Shown here piece by piece: positions 21,086 to 30,461 of a stretch of 64,000 nt of DNA. Where the stretch lies: contig JAQBVF010000003.1 of the NCBI GenBank assembly GCA_027623675.1, positions 91,846 through 155,845 on the forward strand, read 5' to 3'. A model generated the notes under the pieces. It was not told the origin of the DNA. It saw only the letters and a program-made list of their open reading frames with translations, and made no database searches. Numbering within the stretch: position 1 is the stretch's first letter; each line of letters begins with the position of its first letter. This DNA is from Chloroflexota bacterium. GTDB lineage: Bacteria; Chloroflexota; Dehalococcoidia; Lucifugimonadales; UBA3495. Both the position numbers and the translations under genes were made by a program.

Positions 21086-21895
21086 TTGATCCCCTATTCC
21101 GACGCCAGCATCCACCACCGGACATTTCCCGTCGTCAACACCGCTCTGATCGGGATCTCGGTCCTCGTGTTCCTGATCGAGATCAGGTTGGGCGGATTTG
21201 GCACTCTGACGGGAAACGGCGGAATAAACCTGGATATCTTCTTTTTCAAATGGGGCTTCATCTCAAGTGAGTTGACGTCCGGAAAGGCATTTGATTCGCT
21301 GAATACCGGGTTCCAAGTGGTGAACATCGCGACGCCGGTTCCCACGGAGGCTACTATCTTCACGTCCATGTTCATCCATGGCGGCGTGATGCACCTGGCC
21401 GGCAACATGATGTTTCTCTGGGTGTTCGGCGACAATCTGGAAGACCGCTTGGGTCACGTGAAGTACCTGCTCTTCTATCTGCTGGTGGGAGTGGCCGCGA
21501 CCCTGAGTCAATGGGCGATCGATACCGGATCCCAGGTCCCTTTGATCGGCGCCAGCGGCGCCATATCCGGCGTGTTGGGCGCCTACCTGATGATCTACCC
21601 GTTCAACCGGATCAAAGCATTAATCATCTTCTACCTGATCACCGTGGTGGAGATGCGGGCCATGTGGCTTCTGGGGGCCTGGTTCGCGTGGCAGCTGATC
21701 CAGGGTGGGTTGTCTTTGGGAATGGCGAACTCGGTCAGCGTGGCGTTCTTCGCCCACATCGGCGGGTTTGCCGCGGGGGTGGTTCTGGCAGGGTTGTACA
21801 AGCTGGCAATTGGAGAGCCGTTGATCCCGGGCAGTTCATCCGGTGGGGGGTCTCCCTGGGACCACTGGTATCAAACAGGGCGCTCGAGAGACTGA
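21086..21895 (+). CDS. Rhomboid intramembrane serine protease
   Basis: SMFIHGG.MHLAGNM, GASGAISG and AHIGGF. Confidence 0.95.
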   Translation: MIPYSDASIHHRTFPVVNTALIGISVLVFLIEIRLGGFGTLTGNGGINLDIFFFKWGFISSELTSGKAFDSLNTGFQVVNIATPVPTEATIFTSMFIHGGVMHLAGNMMFLWVFGDNLEDRLGHVKYLLFYLLVGVAATLSQWAIDTGSQVPLIGASGAISGVLGAYLMIYPFNRIKALIIFYLITVVEMRAMWLLGAWFAWQLIQGGLSLGMANSVSVAFFAHIGGFAAGVVLAGLYKLAIGEPLIPGSSSGGGSPWDHWYQTGRSRD

Positions 21896-21939
21896 CCGGC
21901 GCTACTAGGCCCGGTCCGTAATGGGTTGACCGGATCTAG

Positions 21940-22250
21940 AAACATGAGTCATCCCGGAGTTTGCTGAGTGGATGTCGCCGCCGTTGTCATTCCGGCCGCC
22001 TTGGTCATTCCGGCCGCTTTTGTCATTCCGATCGAAGAGAGGAATCCCGTAGCTGATTGGAGACCAACTACCGGTCCCGCGGAACGATTGCAACCTTGAG
22101 TCAAGCAAAGAGATTCTGATCCTTCCGCGGAATGAGAAGAATGACAGGTAGCGAGTGTGGTTGCTCGGCACGACCGTCATTTCGGCGAAAGTCGAAATGA
22201 CGGCATCTCCCCGGTAGCGTGCTGCCCGTTGATGAACTGTGGGATCACGT
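21940..22250 (-). repeat. Composite REP/MITE-like element, copy 2 (inverted)
   Basis: Reverse complement of copy 1: AAACATGAGTCATCC end, tandem GTCATTCCGGCCG units, GTCATTCCGATCGAAGAGAGGAATC core; far end degenerate. Confidence 0.88.
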
Positions 22251-22271
22251 GCCCGGCTGCTGCCGCCCGAA

Positions 22272-23666
22272 TCATTCCTCGCCGGTCGCCGAGGGGTAGC
22301 CCCGCTCGATCCAGGCGGGGGTGCCGGCTTCGTCCACCACCTGCACGTTTTTCCGGCCGTCGCGCAGCAGGATGCTGCCGGCGGTGGTGGCCCGCATTCC
22401 CGCCGCACAGACGGTGATCAACGGGAGGTCCCGGGGGATCCCGTCCAGGTGATCTTTCAATTCGCCCAATTCGATGTTCAACGCTCCCTTGATGTGATCA
22501 CCGGCATACTCTCTGCGTTGCCGGACATCGATGACCATCGGCGCGGATAGATCGTCCTGCGCCTGCCGGAGGTGCGCCAGGTCCAACCGGTTGGTCGTTT
22601 CAACGGGGAGGCCGGCTGACTTCCACGCCCCCATGCCTCCCGCCAAGAACCCGTGGACCCGGTCGAAGCCGATCCGGATCAACTGCCGCATCATGTCGTC
22701 GTGCTGGCTGGCGTTAGCGGATAGCAGCACCAGGGGCTGGCCCCAGGGGACCACCCACCCGATCCAGGTGGCCATGTTGTCGCCATGGGGCACGGCATAC
22801 GACCCTGGAACATGCTCTAAGTTGAAGCTGCGTTCGGGCCGGGCGTCGATCAACACTGCTTCGTTGTCCAGGTGGCTGCGGACAGACAATGCCGTTAAAG
22901 AAGACATCCTGGGAACGCCGCCCAGGATGTCAGGGCCCCGTCGGTTGATGTCGGCCATGTACTTGTAGTAGCTGGGATACGAACCTAGACCCGTGAGTGC
23001 GTATCTGACGAAGCTGGTCTCCTCGGCTTCCGCGGCGAAGGGATTGGTCAGCCGCTCCTGGGCGATGGTGGAGTGGCCACCGCCGCTTCCGGCCGCCGCC
23101 GAGCAGAAAGACCCGCCGCCGTGGGTGGGGTAGACCTCGACCTCGTCGGGCAGTTTCAGCAGTTTCTCGTGGATGGTGTTGTGGAGCCAACGGGCCAGGA
23201 ACGGGGCAATCTTGGCGCCGAGCAGGTCAACGCGGGCCGCTCCGCCCAGCATCAGCGCGCCGCCGGTGAAGATCATGGTCGGCCGGCTGCGCACTTCGAC
23301 CATGAATGAGACGCTCTCGGGAGTGTGACCGGGGGTATCCACTACCCGGATCTGGAACTCGCCCAGGTCGAATTCGTCGTTTTCTCTGAGGCGGACCGAT
23401 GGAAAAAGCAGCCCGCCGGATGCGCTGGCGCCCACCTGGCACCCTGTCTGCTCGGCCAACTCCCGTACGCCGGAGACGAAGTCGTTATGGATGTGGGTCT
23501 CGAAGGCGTAGGCGATACGGGTGCCGTGGTCGGCGGCGATCTTGATGTAACGGTCCACATCTCGGGCGGGATCGATGACGACACACCGCCCCGATTGTTC
23601 TGAGCCCACCACGTAACTGTTATTTGACAGGCTCTCGATCCTGACTGTTTCAACAAACATTCTCAT
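22272..23666 (-). CDS. MBL-fold persulfide dioxygenase/rhodanese fusion (CstB-like)
   Basis: ETHIHNDF, TPGHTPE and YPTHG.GS.C; two rhodanese-like domains, the last with a CAAGMRA active loop. Confidence 0.88.
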   Translation of the reverse strand: MRMFVETVRIESLSNNSYVVGSEQSGRCVVIDPARDVDRYIKIAADHGTRIAYAFETHIHNDFVSGVRELAEQTGCQVGASASGGLLFPSVRLRENDEFDLGEFQIRVVDTPGHTPESVSFMVEVRSRPTMIFTGGALMLGGAARVDLLGAKIAPFLARWLHNTIHEKLLKLPDEVEVYPTHGGGSFCSAAAGSGGGHSTIAQERLTNPFAAEAEETSFVRYALTGLGSYPSYYKYMADINRRGPDILGGVPRMSSLTALSVRSHLDNEAVLIDARPERSFNLEHVPGSYAVPHGDNMATWIGWVVPWGQPLVLLSANASQHDDMMRQLIRIGFDRVHGFLAGGMGAWKSAGLPVETTNRLDLAHLRQAQDDLSAPMVIDVRQRREYAGDHIKGALNIELGELKDHLDGIPRDLPLITVCAAGMRATTAGSILLRDGRKNVQVVDEAGTPAWIERGYPSATGEE

Positions 23667-23811
23667 CCACCCCTAGAAGCAAAAGTTTGTCACCGTTAGC
23701 GCACGCCCGGCCAAGCGTCCTTGGCTGTATGGGCGAACTATGGCGTTAGGCGTTAATTGTATACCGCCGGCGGTATTCGGTCACCGAGGCGGCTGGGAGG
23801 GGGGTTGGCAG

Positions 23812-24879
23812 CTACCCCGTCCGTACGGTGATCGGGACCGAATGGACCGAGTTGACCTGGTAGCCGCGATAGTTCCAGTCGGCCAACATGGGCTGTACGT
23901 TGCCGGAACTATCGGTGGCCCGGCAGCGCAGCAATGAGTGGCCCAAGCTGGTGGCGTTCCATTCGATCTTCCAACGCTGCCACGAGTAATCACCGGACGG
24001 CCCTTCCAGATCGGCCTTCCGCCAACTGCGGCCGTCGTCGGTGCTGACCTCCACCTTGGTGATGTGGCCGTCGCCCGACCAGGCCACGCCTTTCACGGTG
24101 TGGGTGCCGGGTTCTACGACCGAGCCCCGGACGGGCGTGCTGATCAAAGACTTCACCTTGAGCCTGCTGACACGGGTTGCCTCAGCGTCGCTCTTGCCAT
24201 CGGTGGCGGGGTAGATGCGGTAGTCAAGCTCGTGGAACCCGCCGTTAGGGTGGTCCATCACGGCGATCTTGGAGAGCCATTTGACCGAGGCCATGCCGTA
24301 CCAGCCTGGTATCAGCAGCCGGATGGGGAAACCGTGGTCCCTGGGTATGGGCTCGCCGTTCATCTCATAGGCCAATATCGTGTCGAGATCCAACGTCTTC
24401 GCCAGTGGCAAGCTCATGGCGTAGCTCATCTCTGTGCCGGCCTGGGGGACTCTGCCTGAATCTTCACCTTCGAAGAGAACGTCGGTGGCGATGCCTTTGA
24501 GGGACGCTTGGTCCAATACCGTCTTGAGGGAAACGCCTTTCCACCGGGCTACGCTGACCGCGCCGTTGTCCCATTGAACGCCTTCAGCTGGGGGCTGCAT
24601 GGTGGAGCGGCTGTTGCCGGCGCACTCCATAACACAGATTACTTCGCGGCTGGGCATCTTGAGCAGGTCGTCGTAGCTGAGGCTGAGGGGGTTATCTACG
24701 TCGCCGGAGACGGACAGGGACCAATCGGCGGTATCGATCTGGGGGGCGGGGAAATGGCTGCGGATGAAGTGGCCTTGGGTGGGGGAGACGGGCACGTGTA
24801 TATCTGGCAGGAATACCCCCGCACAAAGGGGGTCTTCAGATAGAACATTAAGGTCACCAGCGGTTTTTTCGTCTGGCAT
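23812..24879 (-). CDS. Sulfite oxidase-family molybdoenzyme
   Basis: FIRSH, ECAGNSR, NGEPIPRDHGFPIR..PGWYG..SVKWL and C-terminal dimerisation domain (VEVSTDDG.SW). Confidence 0.92.
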   Translation of the reverse strand: MPDEKTAGDLNVLSEDPLCAGVFLPDIHVPVSPTQGHFIRSHFPAPQIDTADWSLSVSGDVDNPLSLSYDDLLKMPSREVICVMECAGNSRSTMQPPAEGVQWDNGAVSVARWKGVSLKTVLDQASLKGIATDVLFEGEDSGRVPQAGTEMSYAMSLPLAKTLDLDTILAYEMNGEPIPRDHGFPIRLLIPGWYGMASVKWLSKIAVMDHPNGGFHELDYRIYPATDGKSDAEATRVSRLKVKSLISTPVRGSVVEPGTHTVKGVAWSGDGHITKVEVSTDDGRSWRKADLEGPSGDYSWQRWKIEWNATSLGHSLLRCRATDSSGNVQPMLADWNYRGYQVNSVHSVPITVRTG

Positions 24880-25117
24880 AGCTTTCTCCTTTCAGATTTG
24901 ATCTGCGCCTGGACGAGGCACGGCTTGTGTGTGATCTAGCTGTGAAGAAACGGAATCATAACACCAACGCCGAACTGGGGCCGGGAAAACGTCTAACCTG
25001 CCGGCGCTTCCGGACAGCCGAGGCGTCACCGGCAACAGATCTAACGCCGCCTGCGGGTGGGAAGGTCCTAAAGGCATGGCCGGCTTGGTTGAAGCTATGC
25101 CCTGGCGCTTCATCCGC

Positions 25118-25261
25118 TTAGTTGCTCGCGGCGGAAGTTTCGCCGGCGGGGCTGGAACCGCTCACCGTGCAGCCATGGCTCGCCGTGGTCGCCAGGAGGA
25201 TCGAGCCGATGACAATGAGCATCATCAATGACCGGCTGGCGCGTAGTTTAAATATGCGCAT
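25118..25261 (-). CDS. Possible small lipoprotein-like peptide (47 aa)
   Basis: Manual translation MRIFKLRASRSLMMLIVIGSILLATTASHGCTVSGSSPAGETSAASN: basic N-terminus, hydrophobic stretch, Gly-Cys. Confidence 0.3.
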   Translation of the reverse strand: MRIFKLRASRSLMMLIVIGSILLATTASHGCTVSGSSPAGETSAASN

Positions 25262-25664
25262 CCTGAATATTCACTCCGTATCTGGGTCCGGTTTAGAGTC
25301 GCGGGCGGGGCGCCAGTTGGGCATCAGACCGGGTGTCCCCTGCCGTGTAAAAACGCAATTGGCAGTATATCTTAACCGGCCTTGGCCAGTACAGTAGTGA
25401 TCCCGGTCCGAAGATCGACTTGCATGGGCCTTAGACCGCCGCGGCAACCGCTGCCGTTGCTCCTGAAGACCTAGAGCGCCGTCATCCAGGCGGTGGACGG
25501 GGCAGGCGCGGGTTCGAGCCTGAAATGATGATGAAGAATGGCGGGATTGTGATAATATATGCCAAGGCATATTCGGCCCGCCTATCTCGCCAAGATATGC
25601 ACGCCTCTGGGCGTTTAAATCATGCTTGAGAACTATCCCGAAAATAAGATCGAGGAGCGATAGA

Positions 25665-27986
25665 ATGCCTGACTACCAGCCCAACGCGGTCCTCTCCAAC
25701 GAAGAATTTGCCGTGGTCGGTTCCAGGCCGGTCCGTCATGATGGCGCCGACAAAGTAACCGGACGCGCCAGGTACGGCGCGGATACCAAATTACCTGGCA
25801 TGCTGTACGGCAAGATGCTTCGCAGCCCCCACGCTCACGCGGTCATAAAATCGGTCGATACCAGCGCCGCCGAGGCCCATCCGGGCGTCTACGCAGTGGT
25901 CACCTCAGCCGATTGGCCCGAGACTTCAATGAAGCTCACCGACCTGGCCGAAGGCTCGCTGCATAACCTGGGCTTCCTGAGCATGAACATCCTGGCCAGA
26001 GGCAAGGCTTTGTACAAGGGCCACCCCATCGCCGCCGTGGCCGCGGTCAGTCCCCACGTGGCTGAAGAAGCAGCGGCCTTGATCAAAGTGGACTATGAAG
26101 TCTTGAAGCCGGTGCTATCCGCAGAGGAGGGGATGAAGCCCGACGCTCCCATCCTGCACGAGCGCCTGGCCGCGGTAACGAGCCCGGCCCTGCGCCCCGG
26201 CGGACTGTTGGATGACGACGCCGAAAGCATGCGGACCAACATCGCCAACAAATTTGAGTTCGTCCTAGGCGACGTTGAACAGGGCTTCAAAGACGCCGAC
26301 GTGATCGTCGAGAAAGAAACCACCACCCAGGCGGTGCACCAGGGCTACATCGAACCCCAGGCAGGCGTGGCCCACTGGCAGGTCGACGGCAAAGTGACCG
26401 TGTGGTCCAGCAGCCAGGGGCAGTTCACCGTTCGCGACCAGACCGCCCGGTTCCTGGGCATCCCGGTCTCCCAGGTCAAAGCCGTTCCCATGGAGATCGG
26501 CGGCGGCTTCGGCGCGAAGGGCATCACCTATGTGGAGCCGATCGCGGCGTTGCTGTCGCGTAAGTCGGGCCGGCCGGTGAAAGTCCAATTGACCCGGACC
26601 GAGGTCTTCGAGGGCACCGGACCCACCTCCGGAACCAAGATCAAAGTGAAGCTGGGCGCAACCAAAGAGGGCAAGCTGATCGCCGCTGAAGCCGAACTGA
26701 TCTATGAGGCGGGCGCTTTCCCCGGCTCCCCGGTGGGCGCCGGCGTCCAGTGCATGATGGGTCAATACGACATTCCAAACGGCCACCTGACCGCCTACGA
26801 CGTAGTGGTCAACCGGCCCAAAGCGGCGGCCTACCGGGCGCCGGGCGCTCCGGCCTCGGCGTTCTGCATGGAAACCGCCATCGACGAACTGAGCCGGAAA
26901 CTGGGGATCGACCCCCTGGAATTCCGCCTGATGAACAGCGCCAAGGAGGGCGTGCGGCGGGTTACCGGTCCCATGACACCCAAGGTTGGGTACATCGAGA
27001 CCCTGCAGGCCACCAAGGACCACGATCACTACAACACCAAGTTGGAAGGCAAGTACCGGGGACGCGGCGTCGCCACCGGGTTCTGGGGCAACAACTCCGG
27101 TCCTTCCTCGGCGGTAGCCGTGGTCAATTCCGACGGCACCGTCAGCTTGACCGAGGGTTCGCCGGACATCGGCGGCAGCCGGGTCGCCATGGCCCTGCAC
27201 GTGGCAGAGGTGCTGAACATTCCCGTTGAGGACATCAAGCCCCAGGTTGGCGACACCGATTCCATCGGCTTCACCTCCAACACGGGCGGCAGCAGCGTCA
27301 CCTTCAAGTCCGGCTGGGCGTGCTATAACGCCGCCCAGAGCGTGAAGCAGCAGATGATCGACCGGGCCGCCAAGATCTGGGAGATACCCGGTGAGGACGT
27401 GGAGTACAAAGAGGCCGTCCTACAGCATAAGTCGGACCCCGAACTAAAGTTGACCTTCAAGCAGATCGCCGCGCGGATGATTCCCACCGGCGGTCCCATA
27501 GTGGGGTCCGCCGGCGTCAACCCGCCCGGCCCCGGCCCGTCCATCGGCTCCCATATCGTCGACGTGGAGGTCGACACCGACACGGGCAAGGTTAGCATCC
27601 TGCGTTATACCGCAGTGCAAGACGCCGGCAAAGCCATCCACCCGTCCTACGTCGAAGGCCAGATCCAAGGCGGCGTGGTGCAGGGCATCGGCTGGGCTCT
27701 CAACGAGGAGTACGTCTACAACGACAGCGGCGTCATGCAGAACAGCAGCTTCTTGGACTACCGGATGCCCACGTCGCTGGACCTGCCCATGATTGACACG
27801 GTGATCGTGGAAGTGGCCAACCCTAACCACCCCTACGGCGTCAGGGGAGTCGGCGAAGTGCCGATCGTGCCTCCGATGGCGGCCATATCCAACGCGATCT
27901 TCGATGCTATCGGCGTGCGCATGAACGACCTGCCCATGTCCCCGGACAAGGTCTTGGAAGCTCTCTGGGCCAAAGAGGGCAAGTAG
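25665..27986 (+). CDS. Xanthine dehydrogenase family molybdopterin-binding (large) subunit
   Basis: KVTGRARY, RSPHAHA, IGGGFGAK, AYRAPG, VEGQIQGG and GVGE; GAGGAG RBS. Confidence 0.93.
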   Translation: MPDYQPNAVLSNEEFAVVGSRPVRHDGADKVTGRARYGADTKLPGMLYGKMLRSPHAHAVIKSVDTSAAEAHPGVYAVVTSADWPETSMKLTDLAEGSLHNLGFLSMNILARGKALYKGHPIAAVAAVSPHVAEEAAALIKVDYEVLKPVLSAEEGMKPDAPILHERLAAVTSPALRPGGLLDDDAESMRTNIANKFEFVLGDVEQGFKDADVIVEKETTTQAVHQGYIEPQAGVAHWQVDGKVTVWSSSQGQFTVRDQTARFLGIPVSQVKAVPMEIGGGFGAKGITYVEPIAALLSRKSGRPVKVQLTRTEVFEGTGPTSGTKIKVKLGATKEGKLIAAEAELIYEAGAFPGSPVGAGVQCMMGQYDIPNGHLTAYDVVVNRPKAAAYRAPGAPASAFCMETAIDELSRKLGIDPLEFRLMNSAKEGVRRVTGPMTPKVGYIETLQATKDHDHYNTKLEGKYRGRGVATGFWGNNSGPSSAVAVVNSDGTVSLTEGSPDIGGSRVAMALHVAEVLNIPVEDIKPQVGDTDSIGFTSNTGGSSVTFKSGWACYNAAQSVKQQMIDRAAKIWEIPGEDVEYKEAVLQHKSDPELKLTFKQIAARMIPTGGPIVGSAGVNPPGPGPSIGSHIVDVEVDTDTGKVSILRYTAVQDAGKAIHPSYVEGQIQGGVVQGIGWALNEEYVYNDSGVMQNSSFLDYRMPTSLDLPMIDTVIVEVANPNHPYGVRGVGEVPIVPPMAAISNAIFDAIGVRMNDLPMSPDKVLEALWAKEGK

Positions 27987-27992
27987 CCCAGG

Positions 27993-28262
27993 ATGGCTGA
28001 GGTCTGGATCCCGCCCAAGCTGCAACAGCTAACGGGCGGCAAGCAGCAGGTCCAAGCGGAGGGCCGTACCGTGCGCCAGGTGATTACCAGCCTGGAGCGG
28101 GACTACCCTGGCATCAGGGAATTCCTCTGCGACGACGAGGAGGACGACCTGACTCCGGGTCTTGCCGTGATCGTGGACGGAGAAGTCAGCCTACTGGGGA
28201 TGTTGGAGAAGGTACAGGAGAACAGCGAGATACACTTTCTCCCCGCTATGGGCGGCGGCTGA
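27993..28262 (+). CDS. MoaD/ThiS family sulfur-carrier (ubiquitin-like) protein
   Basis: Beta-grasp pattern with C-terminal FLPAMGGG. Confidence 0.88.
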   Translation: MAEVWIPPKLQQLTGGKQQVQAEGRTVRQVITSLERDYPGIREFLCDDEEDDLTPGLAVIVDGEVSLLGMLEKVQENSEIHFLPAMGGG

Positions 28263-28407
28263 ACCGGCGATGCGTCGCCTATAACCGACGCCGATGGAGA
28301 ATGGACAATGTGGCGGGGCCTGCGGAAACGCTGGCCCCGCCACTTGCTTATGATCCCAAGTTCAAGATTCAAGCCGGTCTAGAGATTAGATACAGGGGGA
28401 GCGCGTA

Positions 28408-28896
28408 ATGATTAACCGATCAACCGGAAGCAAGACTGATCAAGGCCTGATACGGGTCCGCCCTAAACTCAGCAGCCAGGCGGAACGGGAAATGCGCCGG
28501 GACACTCCGTTGCGCCAGGCCCGCACCTGCTACGGCCATCTGGCTGGGGTCGCCGGTGTGGCGTTGCTGGACGACCTGCTTGGACGGGGCTGGCTGGTGG
28601 AGTCACCAACTCCGGCAACCGGCAGCCGGGTTGGCTACGACCTCACCGAACAGGGGCGGCTGGCGCTGGAAGCATTGGGCCTGGACACCGAAGCCGCCGC
28701 CCAGACCTCCGGCAACTTCGCCTTTGGCTGTTTGGACTGGACCGAGCGGCGGCAGCACCTTGGCGGAGCGTTGGGCCGCGCTGTGACCGCGCATCTTGGG
28801 GAAAAAGGCGTGGTTGCACGAACGCCTGGGGTCAGGGAAGTGAGCCTGAAGAGTAGCCCGGAAGCCTGGTTGGAGGGCGCCGCCCCTAGCCGTTAG
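28408..28896 (+). CDS. Protein matching the C-terminal domain of ARTCYDHLAG-type ArsR/SmtB regulators
   Basis: ARTCYGHLAG and CLDWTERRQHLGGALG motifs; no evident N-terminal ArsR HTH. Confidence 0.75.
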   Translation: MINRSTGSKTDQGLIRVRPKLSSQAEREMRRDTPLRQARTCYGHLAGVAGVALLDDLLGRGWLVESPTPATGSRVGYDLTEQGRLALEALGLDTEAAAQTSGNFAFGCLDWTERRQHLGGALGRAVTAHLGEKGVVARTPGVREVSLKSSPEAWLEGAAPSR

Positions 28897-28958
28897 AGTA
28901 CCCGTCCCTTCTGGCCGCCGGCGACCGGGACGTGAAGAACGGGAATGTGGAGCAGCTG

Positions 28959-29537
28959 CTAGGCCTGCACCGCGCCCCGGAAGCGGTCGCGGATCTGCTT
29001 CGGAGTGTGGGAGACACGGGGGATGCCCTCGGCTGAAGGACGGGCGGGGGCGATGCCGCACTTGACCAGTATCAGGCTGAGTTGGCCGCCGGCAGTGGCC
29101 TCAGTGAGTGCGGAGTCTAGGGTCTCGATCTTTTCAACGCGGCGGGTCCTGGGGTAGCCGGCGGTGGCGGCGGTTTGGGCCAGGTCGAAGTTGGCGCTGA
29201 TGGACGGTTGGCCGCCGGTGGATTCGTAGGCCTCGTTGTCCAGAATGATGTGGACCAGGTTGGCCGGGGCTTCCCAGGCTACGAGCGGCAGCGTTCCCAG
29301 GCTCATCAAGGCGCTACCGTCGCCCTCCAGCACGAAGACGCGTTTATGGGGGACCCGGACGGCCAGGCCCAGCCCCATTGCCGATGCCAAGCCCATGGAG
29401 CCGATCATGTAGACGTTTCCGGGCCGGTCGTCCAGCGCGAACAATTCCCTGGAGATCATGCCGGTGGTGCTCACCAGTAGGTCGTTTGCTCGTACGTGCT
29501 CCAGTATCCTGCCGATGGCGTCGTAGCGGCTGATCAA
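28959..29537 (-). CDS. comE: Sulfopyruvate/phosphonopyruvate decarboxylase beta subunit (TPP-binding)
   Basis: TTGMISRELF, YMIGSMG, GDGSALM and LDN..YESTGGQ. Confidence 0.85.
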   Translation of the reverse strand: MISRYDAIGRILEHVRANDLLVSTTGMISRELFALDDRPGNVYMIGSMGLASAMGLGLAVRVPHKRVFVLEGDGSALMSLGTLPLVAWEAPANLVHIILDNEAYESTGGQPSISANFDLAQTAATAGYPRTRRVEKIETLDSALTEATAGGQLSLILVKCGIAPARPSAEGIPRVSHTPKQIRDRFRGAVQA

Positions 29538-30046
29538 GATATCACCCCAGCCTGGACCAGAAGCGCACCCGGAACCGACCGGTCGTTGATGGCGGCCAGC
29601 AGCCGGTCCAGGGCTAACTCCAGGTTGTCCTGCTCCAGGATTTGGGAGGGCATCTCAAGCAGGTCGAAGAATTGGGGTGTTTTGGCGCCCATGATCCAGT
29701 GCTCCGGGGCGTCGTTGGGCGGACCGCCGTAGCCGCGCCAGCCGACGATGATCAACGCCGGAATCTTGTACATCAAGTTGAACGACGTCAGCGGGTTGAC
29801 CAGGTTGCCCACTCCGGAGTTCTGCATGATTACCCCGCCGATCTCTCCCGGTTTGCCCGGTTCTCCAACAAAGTAGGCCGAGCTGGCGATGCCGAGGGCC
29901 ACATCCTCTCTGACCGCTGGTATGTAGCGGATGTCAGGGTCGGCCAACATCAGGTTGTAGGCGGCGCTGAACGTGGAATCAGGCACCCCGGAGAAGAAAG
30001 TCACTCCCCGCTGTTTCAATGCTCCCCAGAATTGATGGGCGTCCAT
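29534..30046 (-). CDS. comD: Sulfopyruvate/phosphonopyruvate decarboxylase alpha subunit
   Basis: FFSGVPDS, REDVALG, MQNSGVGN and IVGWRG...DAPEH; 4-bp overlap with the beta subunit. Confidence 0.85.
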   Translation of the reverse strand: MDAHQFWGALKQRGVTFFSGVPDSTFSAAYNLMLADPDIRYIPAVREDVALGIASSAYFVGEPGKPGEIGGVIMQNSGVGNLVNPLTSFNLMYKIPALIIVGWRGYGGPPNDAPEHWIMGAKTPQFFDLLEMPSQILEQDNLELALDRLLAAINDRSVPGALLVQAGVIS

Positions 30047-30099
30047 AGTCGCTCCCCGGCCGGCGGATCACGCCAGACTAACATATCTTAGCCTCCAAG

Positions 30100-30163
30100 T
30101 TGACCAACGGTCCGGCAAGGAGTACGATTGTAATCATAAACCCACCCCCAGGGGGTATGGGTT
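30100..30163 (+). promoter_or_regulatory. csoR promoter and CsoR operator
   Basis: TTGACC-17 bp-TACGAT (30100-30128), then AACCCACCCCCAGGGGGTATGGGTT, a C-tract/G-tract pseudo-palindrome typical of CsoR operators. Confidence 0.75.
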
Positions 30164-30169
30164 GGAGGA

Positions 30170-30442
30170 TTGGAGATGATTCCCGAGGTTAAAGGAGACG
30201 CCCTCAAGCGTCTGAGCTACATCGAAGGGCACCTCTCCGGCATCAGAAAGATGCTTGAGGAGGACAAATACTGCGTCGACGTGCTGAAACAGACCTATGC
30301 CGTGCGCCGGGCCATCGAAAAGATGGAAAGCCTGCTGCTGGAAGGGCACCTCAAGTCGTGCGTGCTGGATGGCATCCAGACCGGCCGCGCCGAAGAGATA
30401 GTTGAAGAGCTCAAGGACCTGTATATCCTGTCGAACAGATAG
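30170..30442 (+). CDS. csoR: Copper-sensing repressor, CsoR/RcnR family
   Basis: RLSYIEGHLSGI, YCVDVL and HLKSC (C-H-C Cu(I) ligands). Confidence 0.92.
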   Translation: MEMIPEVKGDALKRLSYIEGHLSGIRKMLEEDKYCVDVLKQTYAVRRAIEKMESLLLEGHLKSCVLDGIQTGRAEEIVEELKDLYILSNR

Positions 30443-30461
30443 GAAACGACGGAGAACGACA

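Noticed and set aside
24880..25660. Moco riboswitch between the two molybdoenzyme genes
   Set aside because: Only the GAAAGGAG RBS resembles the motif; the other conserved elements were not found by eye.
25665..27986. Aerobic CO dehydrogenase CoxL
   Set aside because: The active-site loop is AYRAPG, not AYxCSFR or AYxGAGR, and no coxM/coxS is adjacent.
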